Below, one piece after another: positions 27,376 through 36,079 of a stretch of 64,000 nucleotides of DNA. The position numbers and the translations under genes are program-made. The stretch's first letter is position 1. Each line of letters begins with the position of its first letter. The stretch spans positions 928,001 through 992,000 of the forward strand of contig JAXGYC010000007.1 of NCBI GenBank assembly GCA_040772485.1. The letters are read 5' to 3'. Source of the stretch: Sedimentisphaerales bacterium (lineage in GTDB: Bacteria; Planctomycetota; Phycisphaerae; Sedimentisphaerales; Anaerobacaceae). A model generated the notes under the pieces. That model was not told where the DNA came from. It was given only the letters and a program-made list of their open reading frames with translations, and ran no database searches.

Positions 27376-28407
27376 TTGAAGGCATTGCTCTATACCGAAC
27401 CGTATACGTTTTCCTACACCGATGTCCCGGATCCCGCAGTGGGTGACGACGACGTCCTGGTCCGGGTCAAGGCGTGCGGCATCTGCGGGTCCGACGTGGC
27501 CGGCCACACCGGCAAGACCGGCCGGCGACTGCCCCCGCTGATCATGGGCCATGAAGCGGCCGGCGTCGTGGAGCGGACCGGCAGGAACGTCACGGACTTT
27601 GCGCCCGGCGACCGGGTCTGCTTCGATTCCACGGTCTACTGCAACAAGTGTCCCGCCTGCCGGCAAGGTCTGTTCAATCGTTGCACCCATCGGCAGGTGC
27701 TGGGCGTCTCGGTCCCCGAGTTCAAGCGAGACGGGGCTTTCGCTGAGTTCGTAGCCGTGCCGCACTGGATCGTCGCGAAGCTGCCGGACGACATGTCGTT
27801 CGTTCAGGCGGCCCTGTTGGAGCCAGCGTCGATCGGCGTACACGCCGCGAGCCGAAGGCCGATCAGCGACAGCGACACTGCCGTGGTCGTCGGCGCCGGC
27901 ACTATCGGCCTGTTCATCCTCCAGGCAGCCAAGCTGCGCGGCGCCAGGCGGGTCGTCGCTTGTGACATCAGCGAGTTCCGGCTGGACCTGGCCCGTCAGG
28001 TTGGCGCCGATGAGTGTGTCAACTCCCAAAACAGGCCCCTGAGGCAAACCGTCGATGGACTAACTGACGGCCGCGGCGCCGACATCGTATTTGAAGCCGT
28101 CGGGTACGCCGAGACGTTCCGCGAAGCTGTCGCGATCACCAAAACCGGAGGCAGCGTCGTGGCTGTCGGCAATCTGGCCAAAGAGACGCAGTTCAACCTC
28201 CAGGAGCTTGTCAGCCGGGAGCTGACCTTCACCGGGTCGTACGCCAGTTCGGGCGAGTTCCGCACGTGCATCGACCTGATCGCTTCAGGCCGGATCAGCG
28301 TCGGCCCCCTCGTCAGCGAGGTCCTGCCGCTGAAGGATGGGCCATCGGCCTTCAAACGCCTGCTCGAAGCCAAAGAGAATTTGCTCAAGATCGTCGTTGA
28401 ACCGTGA
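27376..28407 (+). CDS. Zinc-dependent (MDR) polyol/sugar-acid dehydrogenase, galactitol-1-P/idonate dehydrogenase-like
   Basis: CGICGSD, GHE, CxxCxxC...C, GAGTIG. TTG start after GAGGTG SD. Confidence 0.9.
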   Translation: MKALLYTEPYTFSYTDVPDPAVGDDDVLVRVKACGICGSDVAGHTGKTGRRLPPLIMGHEAAGVVERTGRNVTDFAPGDRVCFDSTVYCNKCPACRQGLFNRCTHRQVLGVSVPEFKRDGAFAEFVAVPHWIVAKLPDDMSFVQAALLEPASIGVHAASRRPISDSDTAVVVGAGTIGLFILQAAKLRGARRVVACDISEFRLDLARQVGADECVNSQNRPLRQTVDGLTDGRGADIVFEAVGYAETFREAVAITKTGGSVVAVGNLAKETQFNLQELVSRELTFTGSYASSGEFRTCIDLIASGRISVGPLVSEVLPLKDGPSAFKRLLEAKENLLKIVVEP

Positions 28408-28410
28408 GAA

Positions 28411-28502
28411 CAAGTGTGAAGTGTTGAAGTGTGAAGTGTGAAGTTTCAAGTAAGAGGTGTTGCATTCAGCGGCGCAACTTCACACTTCACACTTCAAACT
28501 TG
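28411..28502. repeat. Inverted tandem heptamer array (AAGTGTG)n / (ACTTCAC)n forming a hairpin
   Basis: About five AAGTGTG-like units, a short spacer, then about four complementary ACTTCAC-like units. AT-rich relative to the flanks. Confidence 0.85.
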
Positions 28503-28523
28503 AGATTTTCGATAGGAGTTGGC

Positions 28524-29303
28524 ATGGAGAACCTTTTCGATCTTTCGGGAAAAGTGGCGGTCGTCACAGGCGCCAGCCGGGGTCTGGGCCAGTACTTCGG
28601 ACGGGCGCTGGCGCGGGCCGGCGCGGACCTGGTCATCACCAGCCGCGACACGTCGCGACTTTCGGAATTTCGGGCGGAAATCGAGAGCTTGGGCCGCAGA
28701 GCGTTGCCCGTCAAGCTCGACGTGCTCAATGAAAGCGAGATCCAGAGCATGGTGCGTACGGCCATCGCCGAGTACGGCAGGATCGACATCCTGGTCAATA
28801 ACGCCGGGCTGAACATCCGCAGGCCCGCCGCCGAGTTCACCTGGAAGGACTGGGACACCGTCCTGGACACGAACCTCAAGGGGGCTTTTTTCGTCGCGCA
28901 GGCGGTCGGCAGGGAGATGATCAAGCGCCGGTATGGGCGGATCATCAACGTCGGCTCCTGTACGTGCGTCTTCGGCATGGAGGGCATCGGCCCGTACTGC
29001 GCCAGTCGCGGCGGCGTTCTCCAGGTCAGCCGGAGCCTGGCTGCCGAGTGGGGCCGGCATGGCATCACCGTCAATGTGCTGGCGCCCGGCTGGTTCAAGA
29101 CCGCCCAGAACAAGGTCCTCTACGACAACAAACCCTGGGTTGAGTATATCACCGATCGCATCCCCCTCGGTCGGCCCGGGCAGCCCAAGGACCTCGACGG
29201 AACCGTCATCTTCCTGGCCTCCGACGCCTCGGCCTACGTCACCGGCCAGATCATCCTCGTGGACGGTGGCTTCACCACCGGGGCAACCAAGGCTATCGTA
29301 TGA
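28524..29303 (+). CDS. SDR oxidoreductase, gluconate 5-dehydrogenase/KduD-like
   Basis: TGASRGLG, LVNNAG, YCASR (YxxxK variant), APGWFKT. AGGAG SD before ATG 28524. Confidence 0.9.
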   Translation: MENLFDLSGKVAVVTGASRGLGQYFGRALARAGADLVITSRDTSRLSEFRAEIESLGRRALPVKLDVLNESEIQSMVRTAIAEYGRIDILVNNAGLNIRRPAAEFTWKDWDTVLDTNLKGAFFVAQAVGREMIKRRYGRIINVGSCTCVFGMEGIGPYCASRGGVLQVSRSLAAEWGRHGITVNVLAPGWFKTAQNKVLYDNKPWVEYITDRIPLGRPGQPKDLDGTVIFLASDASAYVTGQIILVDGGFTTGATKAIV

Positions 29304-29415
29304 ACGAAATTGAGCGGCGGGTGATAGAAATCCAGCCATCGTGCGTCTGTAAGGATAGAATCATCTCAGACCTGCACGCAGGCGGGGAACCGGCCCTGCG
29401 CGGAAAGGAACGGCC

Positions 29416-30282
29416 ATGTTGACATCGAACAAAATGATCGCGTTGTACATCCTCCTCGCCCTGCTCGGCGTCGGTGTGGGCGCGTGGTTTCTGCTGCGCC
29501 ACACGCTCCGCAGCCGGCTGCGCATGAAGAAGCTGCTCCAGGCCGATCCCGACATGAATGACTGGCTCATCGTCTTCGGCTGGACGCCCAAGGTCCTCTA
29601 CGTCCCCACCATGGCGGCTTCGCTGCTGGCCTCGGTCCTGATGTTCCTGAAGGAGACCGAATGGAGTGTGCTGGCCTCGATCAATCCGAGGGTCATCGGC
29701 GGCATCTGGTTCGCGATCTTCATCATCAATCTGATCATCGAAGAGTATGACGTCAGCATCAAGCTGCTGATCATCGGCATCATCGGGCTGGGTTTTCTGT
29801 TCCTCTGGCTCCATCTGGTCGGCTGGGTGGGCGGATTCCTCCGGGTCTTCCGCCATCTGGGGTTCTCGATCAGCGGGACCGGCTATCTCCTCGTCACCCT
29901 CATCGGACTGCTGACGATTTTCGTCTCCTGGGTGCGAGGCATGTTCTACTATGTCGCGATCACCCCCAATTACATGAATCTCCAGGAAGGCCCGACCGAG
30001 ACGGGCGAGCAGATCAGCCGGGAAGACTACAACACGCGAATCGACACCGGCGATTTCGTAGAACGGCTCTTCGGCTTCGGACGCATCGTCATCACGTTCA
30101 AGGAAAAATCTCGCCTGCCGCTGACACTGCTGACCTGGAACATCCAGGGCAAGGCCCAGATGCTCGAACGCGTGCGGGCCAAGTATGCGGTCGACCTTCC
30201 TCAACACCATCCGGCGCCCGCTCCGGTGTTTCCACCGGCCGGTCCCCCGCCGATCCCGCCTGCCAGTCCGCCGCAGCCGTAG
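29416..30282 (+). CDS. Hypothetical multi-pass membrane protein with soluble C-terminal domain and Pro-rich tail
   Basis: GAAAGGA SD, about 5-6 hydrophobic segments, host-like codon bias; ERLFGFGRIVI resembles bacterial PH-domain motifs. Confidence 0.7.
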   Translation: MLTSNKMIALYILLALLGVGVGAWFLLRHTLRSRLRMKKLLQADPDMNDWLIVFGWTPKVLYVPTMAASLLASVLMFLKETEWSVLASINPRVIGGIWFAIFIINLIIEEYDVSIKLLIIGIIGLGFLFLWLHLVGWVGGFLRVFRHLGFSISGTGYLLVTLIGLLTIFVSWVRGMFYYVAITPNYMNLQEGPTETGEQISREDYNTRIDTGDFVERLFGFGRIVITFKEKSRLPLTLLTWNIQGKAQMLERVRAKYAVDLPQHHPAPAPVFPPAGPPPIPPASPPQP

Positions 30283-30366
30283 GATCAGTCCCGGCGTCCG
30301 TCGGGATGCCCGTGCCGGTTAGATTCCTTGCACGCGACGCGGCAATCCGCATAATGGCGATGTGCG

Positions 30367-30936
30367 ATGCCCGGACCATCGCCGGATCAATGTGCGGAGT
30401 CCACTGTGCAGTCGGATCGGGAACTGATCGATGCCATCAACGCAGGCGATGCGGACGCCTTCGAGCGGCTCTACCTTCGCTACCGCGATTGGGTCTACCG
30501 CCTGGCCTGGCGGCTCACAGCCAACCACGCCGATGCGCTCGACGTGTTGCAGGAGACGTTCACGTACCTGCTCAAGAAGTTCCCCGGCTTCGTCCTGACC
30601 GCGTCGATGACCACATTTCTCTACCCCGTGGTCAAGCATATCGCCCTGAACCTGCGAGCGCGCAGATCCCCCGGCCAGGTTGGCGACGACGTACTTGGGA
30701 GCCTTCCGGTTCCCGAATCCTCGCAGGCTTCGCGGAGCGAACTGGCCGCCGCATTGAGGGCCCTGTCGGCCGAGCAGCGCGAAGTCGTCCTGATGCGATT
30801 TGTCGATGGACTGCCGCTGCACGACATCTCCATCGCACTCGACATCCCGCTCAATACGGTTAAGTCACGCCTCTACAATGCCTTACGCACACTCCGAGAC
30901 GACCCGAGGACCCGCGACTACTTCCTGGGCGAGTAG
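30367..30936 (+). CDS. ECF-subfamily RNA polymerase sigma factor
   Basis: SDRELI...GDADAFERLY, DALDVLQETF (region 2), LSAEQREVVLMRFVDGL...IS..LDIPLNTVKSRLYNA (region 4). Upstream TTGCAC-N16-CATAAT. Confidence 0.93.
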   Translation: MPGPSPDQCAESTVQSDRELIDAINAGDADAFERLYLRYRDWVYRLAWRLTANHADALDVLQETFTYLLKKFPGFVLTASMTTFLYPVVKHIALNLRARRSPGQVGDDVLGSLPVPESSQASRSELAAALRALSAEQREVVLMRFVDGLPLHDISIALDIPLNTVKSRLYNALRTLRDDPRTRDYFLGE

Positions 30937-30975
30937 AAAATCTCAGCCAGATTGAAAAAAAATCCGGCGTGCCAT

Positions 30976-31004
30976 GAACTTCTTGGCCTTCTGAGCTGCT
31001 CAAC
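30976..31004 (+). promoter_or_regulatory. Candidate ECF-sigma promoter GAACTT-N17-CTCAAC
   Basis: AAC-containing -35 typical of ECF promoters, in the gap between the sigma gene and the dockerin gene. Confidence 0.45.
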
Positions 31005-31023
31005 ACTCTGGAAACGGATACCT

Positions 31024-31494
31024 ATGAACGAAGAACGACGACAATTCGATAACGAGCCGGACCTGAAGGTCAGAGAGAGATTCTCGGAGGATCTGGGCAG
31101 GTTGTTCGCCCCGGACCGGCCGATTCCATCCGATATCGACCGGGCTGTCGCGGAGGCGGCCCGGCGGCGCTTCGCGCGTCCCCAGCGAAGGCTCTGGTGG
31201 CTCCGGTGGGCCGTCCCGGCGACCGCCGCAGCCGCCATCGCGATCGCCTGCCTCTGGTGGGTACATCCCGGGGCAGCGCCGTCTGTTGCTCCGAGCCCCC
31301 GGCTCTCACAAACAGCGACGGACATTGATGGGAACGGCAGGGTCGACATCCTCGACGCCTTCACGCTCGCCCGGCACATCGAGGCCAGGCAGCCGACGGA
31401 GGCAATGTGGGACTTCAACAGCGACGGCCTGATCGACCGCCGCGATGTGGACGCCGTGGCATTGGCCGCGGTGCGTCTGAACAAGGGAGTCTGA
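31024..31494 (+). CDS. Single-pass membrane protein with C-terminal dockerin domain; putative anti-sigma factor
   Basis: About 55-aa cytoplasmic N-terminus, TM WAVPATAAAAIAIACLWWV, two Ca-binding repeats DIDGNGRVDILDAFTLARHI and DFNSDGLIDRRDVDAVALAAV. Lies directly after the ECF sigma. Confidence 0.8.
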   Translation: MNEERRQFDNEPDLKVRERFSEDLGRLFAPDRPIPSDIDRAVAEAARRRFARPQRRLWWLRWAVPATAAAAIAIACLWWVHPGAAPSVAPSPRLSQTATDIDGNGRVDILDAFTLARHIEARQPTEAMWDFNSDGLIDRRDVDAVALAAVRLNKGV

Positions 31495-31496
31495 CC

Positions 31497-32003
31497 ATGA
31501 AGCGATCCGCACTGACAGCATTGGTCGTCGCATGCCTGATCGTGACGCTCCTGGCCCCTCGGACGGGCAAGGGCAGCCGACCGGCCGAGCCAGGCGTTCG
31601 ATTCGCGCCCGTGCACATCTATCTCGATTCGGGCGACACCCCCTTGGCGGCCTACCAGTTCGAACTCGTTTGTAGTGTGCCCGTGAGGGCATCAGAGAGT
31701 AACGCCTCACGGCGTCACTACGAACGCGTCGTCAAGATCGTCGGCGTCGAAGGCGGCGAGCACCCGGCGTTCAACAACGCCCCTTACTATGACCCGGCGG
31801 CACTGGCCAATAACCGCATCATCATCGCCGCCTTCAGCACCGGCGCCGATTTGCCCAAAGGCCGCACCCGCATCGCCACCATCCACCTGCAAATCGCTGG
31901 CGACGCCGAACCGGAGTACGAACTGAAGCTCGCCGTCGCCGCCGACGCCGATGGCCGCGAGACCCCCGCCGAACTCACCCTGCAAACAGGAGAGGACCAA
32001 TGA
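31497..32003 (+). CDS. Secreted/anchored cohesin-like beta-sandwich protein
   Basis: N-terminal hydrophobic helix; VHIYLD...LAAYQFEL...IIIAAFS...IATIHLQ...LKLAVAADADG follows a cohesin strand pattern. Coupled to both neighbours. Confidence 0.6.
   Translation: MKRSALTALVVACLIVTLLAPRTGKGSRPAEPGVRFAPVHIYLDSGDTPLAAYQFELVCSVPVRASESNASRRHYERVVKIVGVEGGEHPAFNNAPYYDPAALANNRIIIAAFSTGADLPKGRTRIATIHLQIAGDAEPEYELKLAVAADADGRETPAELTLQTGEDQ
31667..31726. repeat. 60-bp REP-like palindrome lying in frame inside the CDS
   Basis: CGTTTGTAGTGTGCCCGTGAGG...CCTCACGGCGTCACTACGAACG, an imperfect inverted repeat of exactly 60 nt. Confidence 0.75.
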
Positions 32004-34432
32004 AACCCACGCGTCTGATTGCCATCGTCTTGGTCTCCGTCTTTCTGACAGCTTTGTTGGCAGCATTGGTCACATCGTCTGTCAGTTGCAGCAGCAGATC
32101 ATCAGAGGACACGAGTCGGCATGAGACTCCGTCGCAGCCTGTCGTCGCCGATACACCGCATCCGACAACCGAATCGGCGGAAGAACAGACATCTATCGAC
32201 CTCAAGTCCCCCGTCCCCCAGCCGCGGCTGAGCCAGATCCCGGACGAAGAGCGGCGAAGGCTCCTCGAGTACCGCCAAGGCCCCGGAGAGCCGACGGATG
32301 AGCCGGCCTCGACTACTGCCCGACGGTCCCAGATTGAGGCCCGCAGCTGGCCGAAGGTCTACAGGCCTCAAGAGACAACGACAATCCCCGTTACTCCTCA
32401 CGGTGGACCCGTGCCATATGGCTGGACTGGGACCGTCACGCCTACGCGCGGAGAACACTCTTCCACCGTGGGTCTGCTGGGGGCAGGTGAGCAAATGGCG
32501 CCGCGGCAAGTCGACGCGGATTGGGCCACTGTCGATACGGATGAGATATGGGTGATTGCCAAGCCGGAGGCGCCGCAGGCGGTCGGGCCCCAGTACCAGA
32601 CGCCCGGGTCGGGGGCGATGCTGGCGAAGGTCGAGGAGAAGGAGATTCCGCTGCCGCTCAAGCACACGGACGTCAAGGGGCAGATCAGCGGGTATATCGC
32701 GACCGTCGAGGTCACGCAGCAGTTCGAGAATCCCTACAGCGAGAAGATCGAGGCGGTCTACGTCTTCCCACTACCTCAGAACGCGGCGGTCAACGAGTTC
32801 ATCATGGTCATCGGCGAGCGAAAGATTCGAGGCATCATCCGCGAGCGGCAGGAAGCCGAGCAAATCTACGCGGAGGCCCGGCGCCAAGGGTACGTCGCGT
32901 CGCTATTGACCCAGGAGCGGCCCAACATCTTCACCCAGAAGGTCGCCAACATCGAGCCGGGAAAGGCCATCGACGTCAACATCAAGTACTTCAACACGCT
33001 TGCCTACGCTGACGGCTGGTACGAATTCGTCTTTCCGATGGTGGTCGGGCCGCGATTCAACCCGCCCGGCTCGACCGATGGCGTTGGCGCCGTCGGCCGG
33101 GGCAAGACAGGTCTCTCCGGCCAGAAGACCGAAGTCCAGTACCTGCGGCCCGACGAGCGAAGCGGCCATGACATCGCGCTGGCGGTGGACATCGACGCCG
33201 GCGTGGAGATCGAGGAGGTTTCGTGCGCGACCCACGCGATCCAGAAGAACAGCGATGCGCCGCAGAAAGCCCACGTCCAGATCAGCCCGCTTGACAGCAT
33301 CCCGAACAAGGACTTTGTCTTGCGATACAAAGTCGCGGGCAAGACCGTCAAATCCGCACTGGTGACACACACCGACGAACGCGGCGGTTTCTTCACGCTG
33401 ATGCTCTATCCGCCGGACGATCTCAAGACGCTCCAGCGCTCGCCCATGGAGATGGTCTTCGTGCTGGATTGCTCGGGCAGCATGAACGGCCAGCCCATCG
33501 CCAAGGCCAAGGACGCGGTCAAGCGGGCGTTGCGCAAGCTCGGGCCGGACGACACGTTCCAGGTGATCCGCTTCTCGCAGAGCGTTTCGCAGTTCGGCTC
33601 GCAGCCTGCCCCCGCAACGCCGGACAACGTCCGCAAGGCCATCGCCTACGTCGACGCTCTCCATGGCAGCGGCGGAACCATGATGATCGAGGGAATCAAG
33701 GCGGCGCTGGAGTTCCCACACGATGAGCGCCGGTTCCGCCTCGTTTCGTTCCTGACCGACGGCTACATCGGCAACGAAGCGGAGATCCTGGAGGCGATCC
33801 ATGACCGCTTGGGCGAGAGCCGCATCTTCAGCTTCGGCGTCGGCTCCTCCGTCAACCGCTACCTGCTCGACCGCATGGCCAAGCTGGGCAAGGGCGCCGT
33901 CGCCTACATCGGGCCCAACGACAGCAGCAGCGAAATCGTAGACCTGTTCTACGACCGGATCAGCCACCCCGCTCTGACCGACGTGACCATCGACTGGGGC
34001 AGCCTGGAGGTCCAGGACGTCTATCCTTCGCGGATTCCCGACCTGTTCGTCGGCCGTCCGATCATCGTAACGGGTCGTTTCGCCGGGCAGCAGAATACGA
34101 CCGTCCACGTCCAGGGCAAGGTCGGCAACTACGACAAGGAGTTGGCCATTCCCGTCCGATTGGCGGATGGCGCGAGCACCCATCCCGGCATCGCCTGCGT
34201 CTGGGCCCGAAAGAAGATCGAGGAGCTGGCCGCACGCAAGACCTACGACGACAGCCCTTCGCTGCCGGGCGAGATCCAGCGTGTGGCCCTGGAATACAGC
34301 CTGATGAGCGAATACACCGCCTTCATCGCCGTGGACAGCACGCACCAGACCGCCGGCGACCATGGCGTGACCGTCGCCGTCCCGGTTCCCGTCCCCGACG
34401 GCGTTCGCTACGAGACCACGGTACAGAACTGA
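32000..34432 (+). CDS. Exported (probable lipoprotein) VIT + von Willebrand factor A domain protein
   Basis: Signal with SSVSC; VIT (LPLKHTDV...QQFENPYSEKIEAVYVFPLP...SLLTQERPNIFTQKVANIEPG); MIDAS DCSGS, GGT, LTDG; conserved tail AVPVPVPDGVRYETTV. ATGA overlap with the upstream gene. Confidence 0.92.
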   Translation: MKPTRLIAIVLVSVFLTALLAALVTSSVSCSSRSSEDTSRHETPSQPVVADTPHPTTESAEEQTSIDLKSPVPQPRLSQIPDEERRRLLEYRQGPGEPTDEPASTTARRSQIEARSWPKVYRPQETTTIPVTPHGGPVPYGWTGTVTPTRGEHSSTVGLLGAGEQMAPRQVDADWATVDTDEIWVIAKPEAPQAVGPQYQTPGSGAMLAKVEEKEIPLPLKHTDVKGQISGYIATVEVTQQFENPYSEKIEAVYVFPLPQNAAVNEFIMVIGERKIRGIIRERQEAEQIYAEARRQGYVASLLTQERPNIFTQKVANIEPGKAIDVNIKYFNTLAYADGWYEFVFPMVVGPRFNPPGSTDGVGAVGRGKTGLSGQKTEVQYLRPDERSGHDIALAVDIDAGVEIEEVSCATHAIQKNSDAPQKAHVQISPLDSIPNKDFVLRYKVAGKTVKSALVTHTDERGGFFTLMLYPPDDLKTLQRSPMEMVFVLDCSGSMNGQPIAKAKDAVKRALRKLGPDDTFQVIRFSQSVSQFGSQPAPATPDNVRKAIAYVDALHGSGGTMMIEGIKAALEFPHDERRFRLVSFLTDGYIGNEAEILEAIHDRLGESRIFSFGVGSSVNRYLLDRMAKLGKGAVAYIGPNDSSSEIVDLFYDRISHPALTDVTIDWGSLEVQDVYPSRIPDLFVGRPIIVTGRFAGQQNTTVHVQGKVGNYDKELAIPVRLADGASTHPGIACVWARKKIEELAARKTYDDSPSLPGEIQRVALEYSLMSEYTAFIAVDSTHQTAGDHGVTVAVPVPVPDGVRYETTVQN

Positions 34433-34603
34433 TGCGCATCGGGCCCGCCAACGAGCTTTTTCGCGGACCTGAAAAAAAACAAGCATCTCCACCCCCCGTG
34501 TGCGTTACCATCGCGTGTGCAGAGGCCTCTTAGAAATGGAGAGCCGAGAAGGCATCCTCCGGTAACAATGCAGTACAGGCAGATATGAAACGGGGGTGAT
34601 CCG

Positions 34604-34924
34604 ATGCTTGAAAGATATCGCGAAGCGCACGATCTGGTGATCGATTACGGCGAGGCGCTGCGGGAAGGCAGCCTGCCGACGTTCCTGAAATCGCTCTCGC
34701 GGTTTGAAGGTCGGGAAGTGCTGACGACCCCGAATTTCTGGCACGGGGCCGAGATGATGCGCATCCTCAACAGCATCGCCTTCGCCGACGAGGCCACCAT
34801 TCCGAACCTGGACATCTTTCTCGCCCGCGTCCACGCGAGGATCGTCTCGCGCGCCCGAAACCCCAGGATCAGCAGACGGGTCAGAGCCAGACCGAACGTA
34901 CGCGATCGGAACGCGCAAGAATGA
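34604..34924 (+). CDS. Small hypothetical protein
   Basis: GGGGGTGA SD, host-like codon usage, helical amphipathic pattern. Confidence 0.6.
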   Translation: MLERYREAHDLVIDYGEALREGSLPTFLKSLSRFEGREVLTTPNFWHGAEMMRILNSIAFADEATIPNLDIFLARVHARIVSRARNPRISRRVRARPNVRDRNAQE

Positions 34925-34997
34925 AATGAAACAGGGCTGCCAGTCCCGCCGTCACGGGGCTGGCAGCCCTGCAAACCATTCACGAAAACCGAGTCTT

Positions 34998-35684
34998 TTA
35001 CAGCATCTTGCGTCGGCGGAACCAGCCGGCCACACCCAAGCCCAGGCTGCCGAGCAGTGCGGCGCCGGGAGCCGGGACGACCATCGTCAATTGATCCTGT
35101 TTGAAGTAGCCTGCCTCGCCGACGTGGCCGGCAGCATACAGGTTCAGCACCCGCACGTTGCCGATGTCGGTCCAGCCGGCCTGCACTGCCGCCGAGTAGA
35201 ACTGATCCTGCAACGAGCCGTCGCCGTCGGTCCATGACTTGACAGCCTCGTCCTCGATATGCCAGATCACATCTTGAAGAGCCCCCGCTGATATGGCGCG
35301 GTCACCGGCCGGATTGTAGTCGTATCCTGCCAGCGTGCCGGAACGGAACTGCGTGTACAGATACGCCGTCATCGGATCCAGCAGGTCCCCTCCCTGCGGG
35401 CCTGTCGCCCCGTGGTTGGTCCCGCCGTGCAGCGCCTCCGTGGCCACCACCACGTCGTACCAGGCTCCCGTCGACACCTGCTCGCTTTTCTCCAGGCAGA
35501 ACGAGGAGTACGGGTCGTTCTCGATCGTGATGTTCTTGAGGTCCTGATTGGGGGTCAGTTGGAACTCGCCACCGGTGCCGCTGTAGTACCCGGAAACGCG
35601 TGTCAAGTAAACCGACGGACCCGCCAGGGCCGAACCTGCGCCGAGCAGGCAGACAATTGACGCCAATGCCAGTTTCTTCATCAT
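34998..35684 (-). CDS. PEP-CTERM-type (VPAPG) sorted surface protein
   Basis: Signal peptide; GGEF...SFCLEK...TAYLY...ALQDVIW..E...QDQL domain; tail VPAPGAALLGSLGLGVAGWFRRR. Confidence 0.88.
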   Translation of the reverse strand: MMKKLALASIVCLLGAGSALAGPSVYLTRVSGYYSGTGGEFQLTPNQDLKNITIENDPYSSFCLEKSEQVSTGAWYDVVVATEALHGGTNHGATGPQGGDLLDPMTAYLYTQFRSGTLAGYDYNPAGDRAISAGALQDVIWHIEDEAVKSWTDGDGSLQDQFYSAAVQAGWTDIGNVRVLNLYAAGHVGEAGYFKQDQLTMVVPAPGAALLGSLGLGVAGWFRRRKML

Positions 35685-35861
35685 CTTGCCATCCCCCAAA
35701 TACGGTACATCTCTTCTGCGCGGTGTCCCAGGGTCGTCATATGGACTGAGCGTTGTTCGGACTGACCTTCGACATCCGGAGAAACCGGTAGCACAGAATG
35801 CAAAGCAGGATCAGTGAACACCCCCAGTGCCATTCCCCACACCGTTGCCAATTCAGCATGT

Positions 35862-35890
35862 AGTGTATCGTGTTTCTTCGTTAATGTCAA
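35862..35890 (-). promoter_or_regulatory. sigma70 promoter TTGACA-N17-TACACT
   Basis: Near-consensus hexamers with a 17-nt spacer, about 180 nt upstream of the PEP-CTERM gene. Confidence 0.7.
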
Positions 35891-36079
35891 CGGACGGGCC
35901 AGCGCAGAGCAGACTTTCCGCCCGCAAGTGCCTTCCGAAACGGGGAACATCGTGATTATGGGAGCCCAGGCAGCGTTTCCTGCGATTTTTTGTGCGCGGG
36001 CGTGCGCTCGACGGGTCGTTGTCATACGTGTTTATGGGACGGCCTCGCCTGTGGTCGTGCAGGCGACACGACATGCGCG

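Noticed and set aside
28431..28523. N-terminal extension of the SDR given in the ORF track
   Set aside because: It is a translation of the heptamer repeat; the SD-supported start is ATG 28524.
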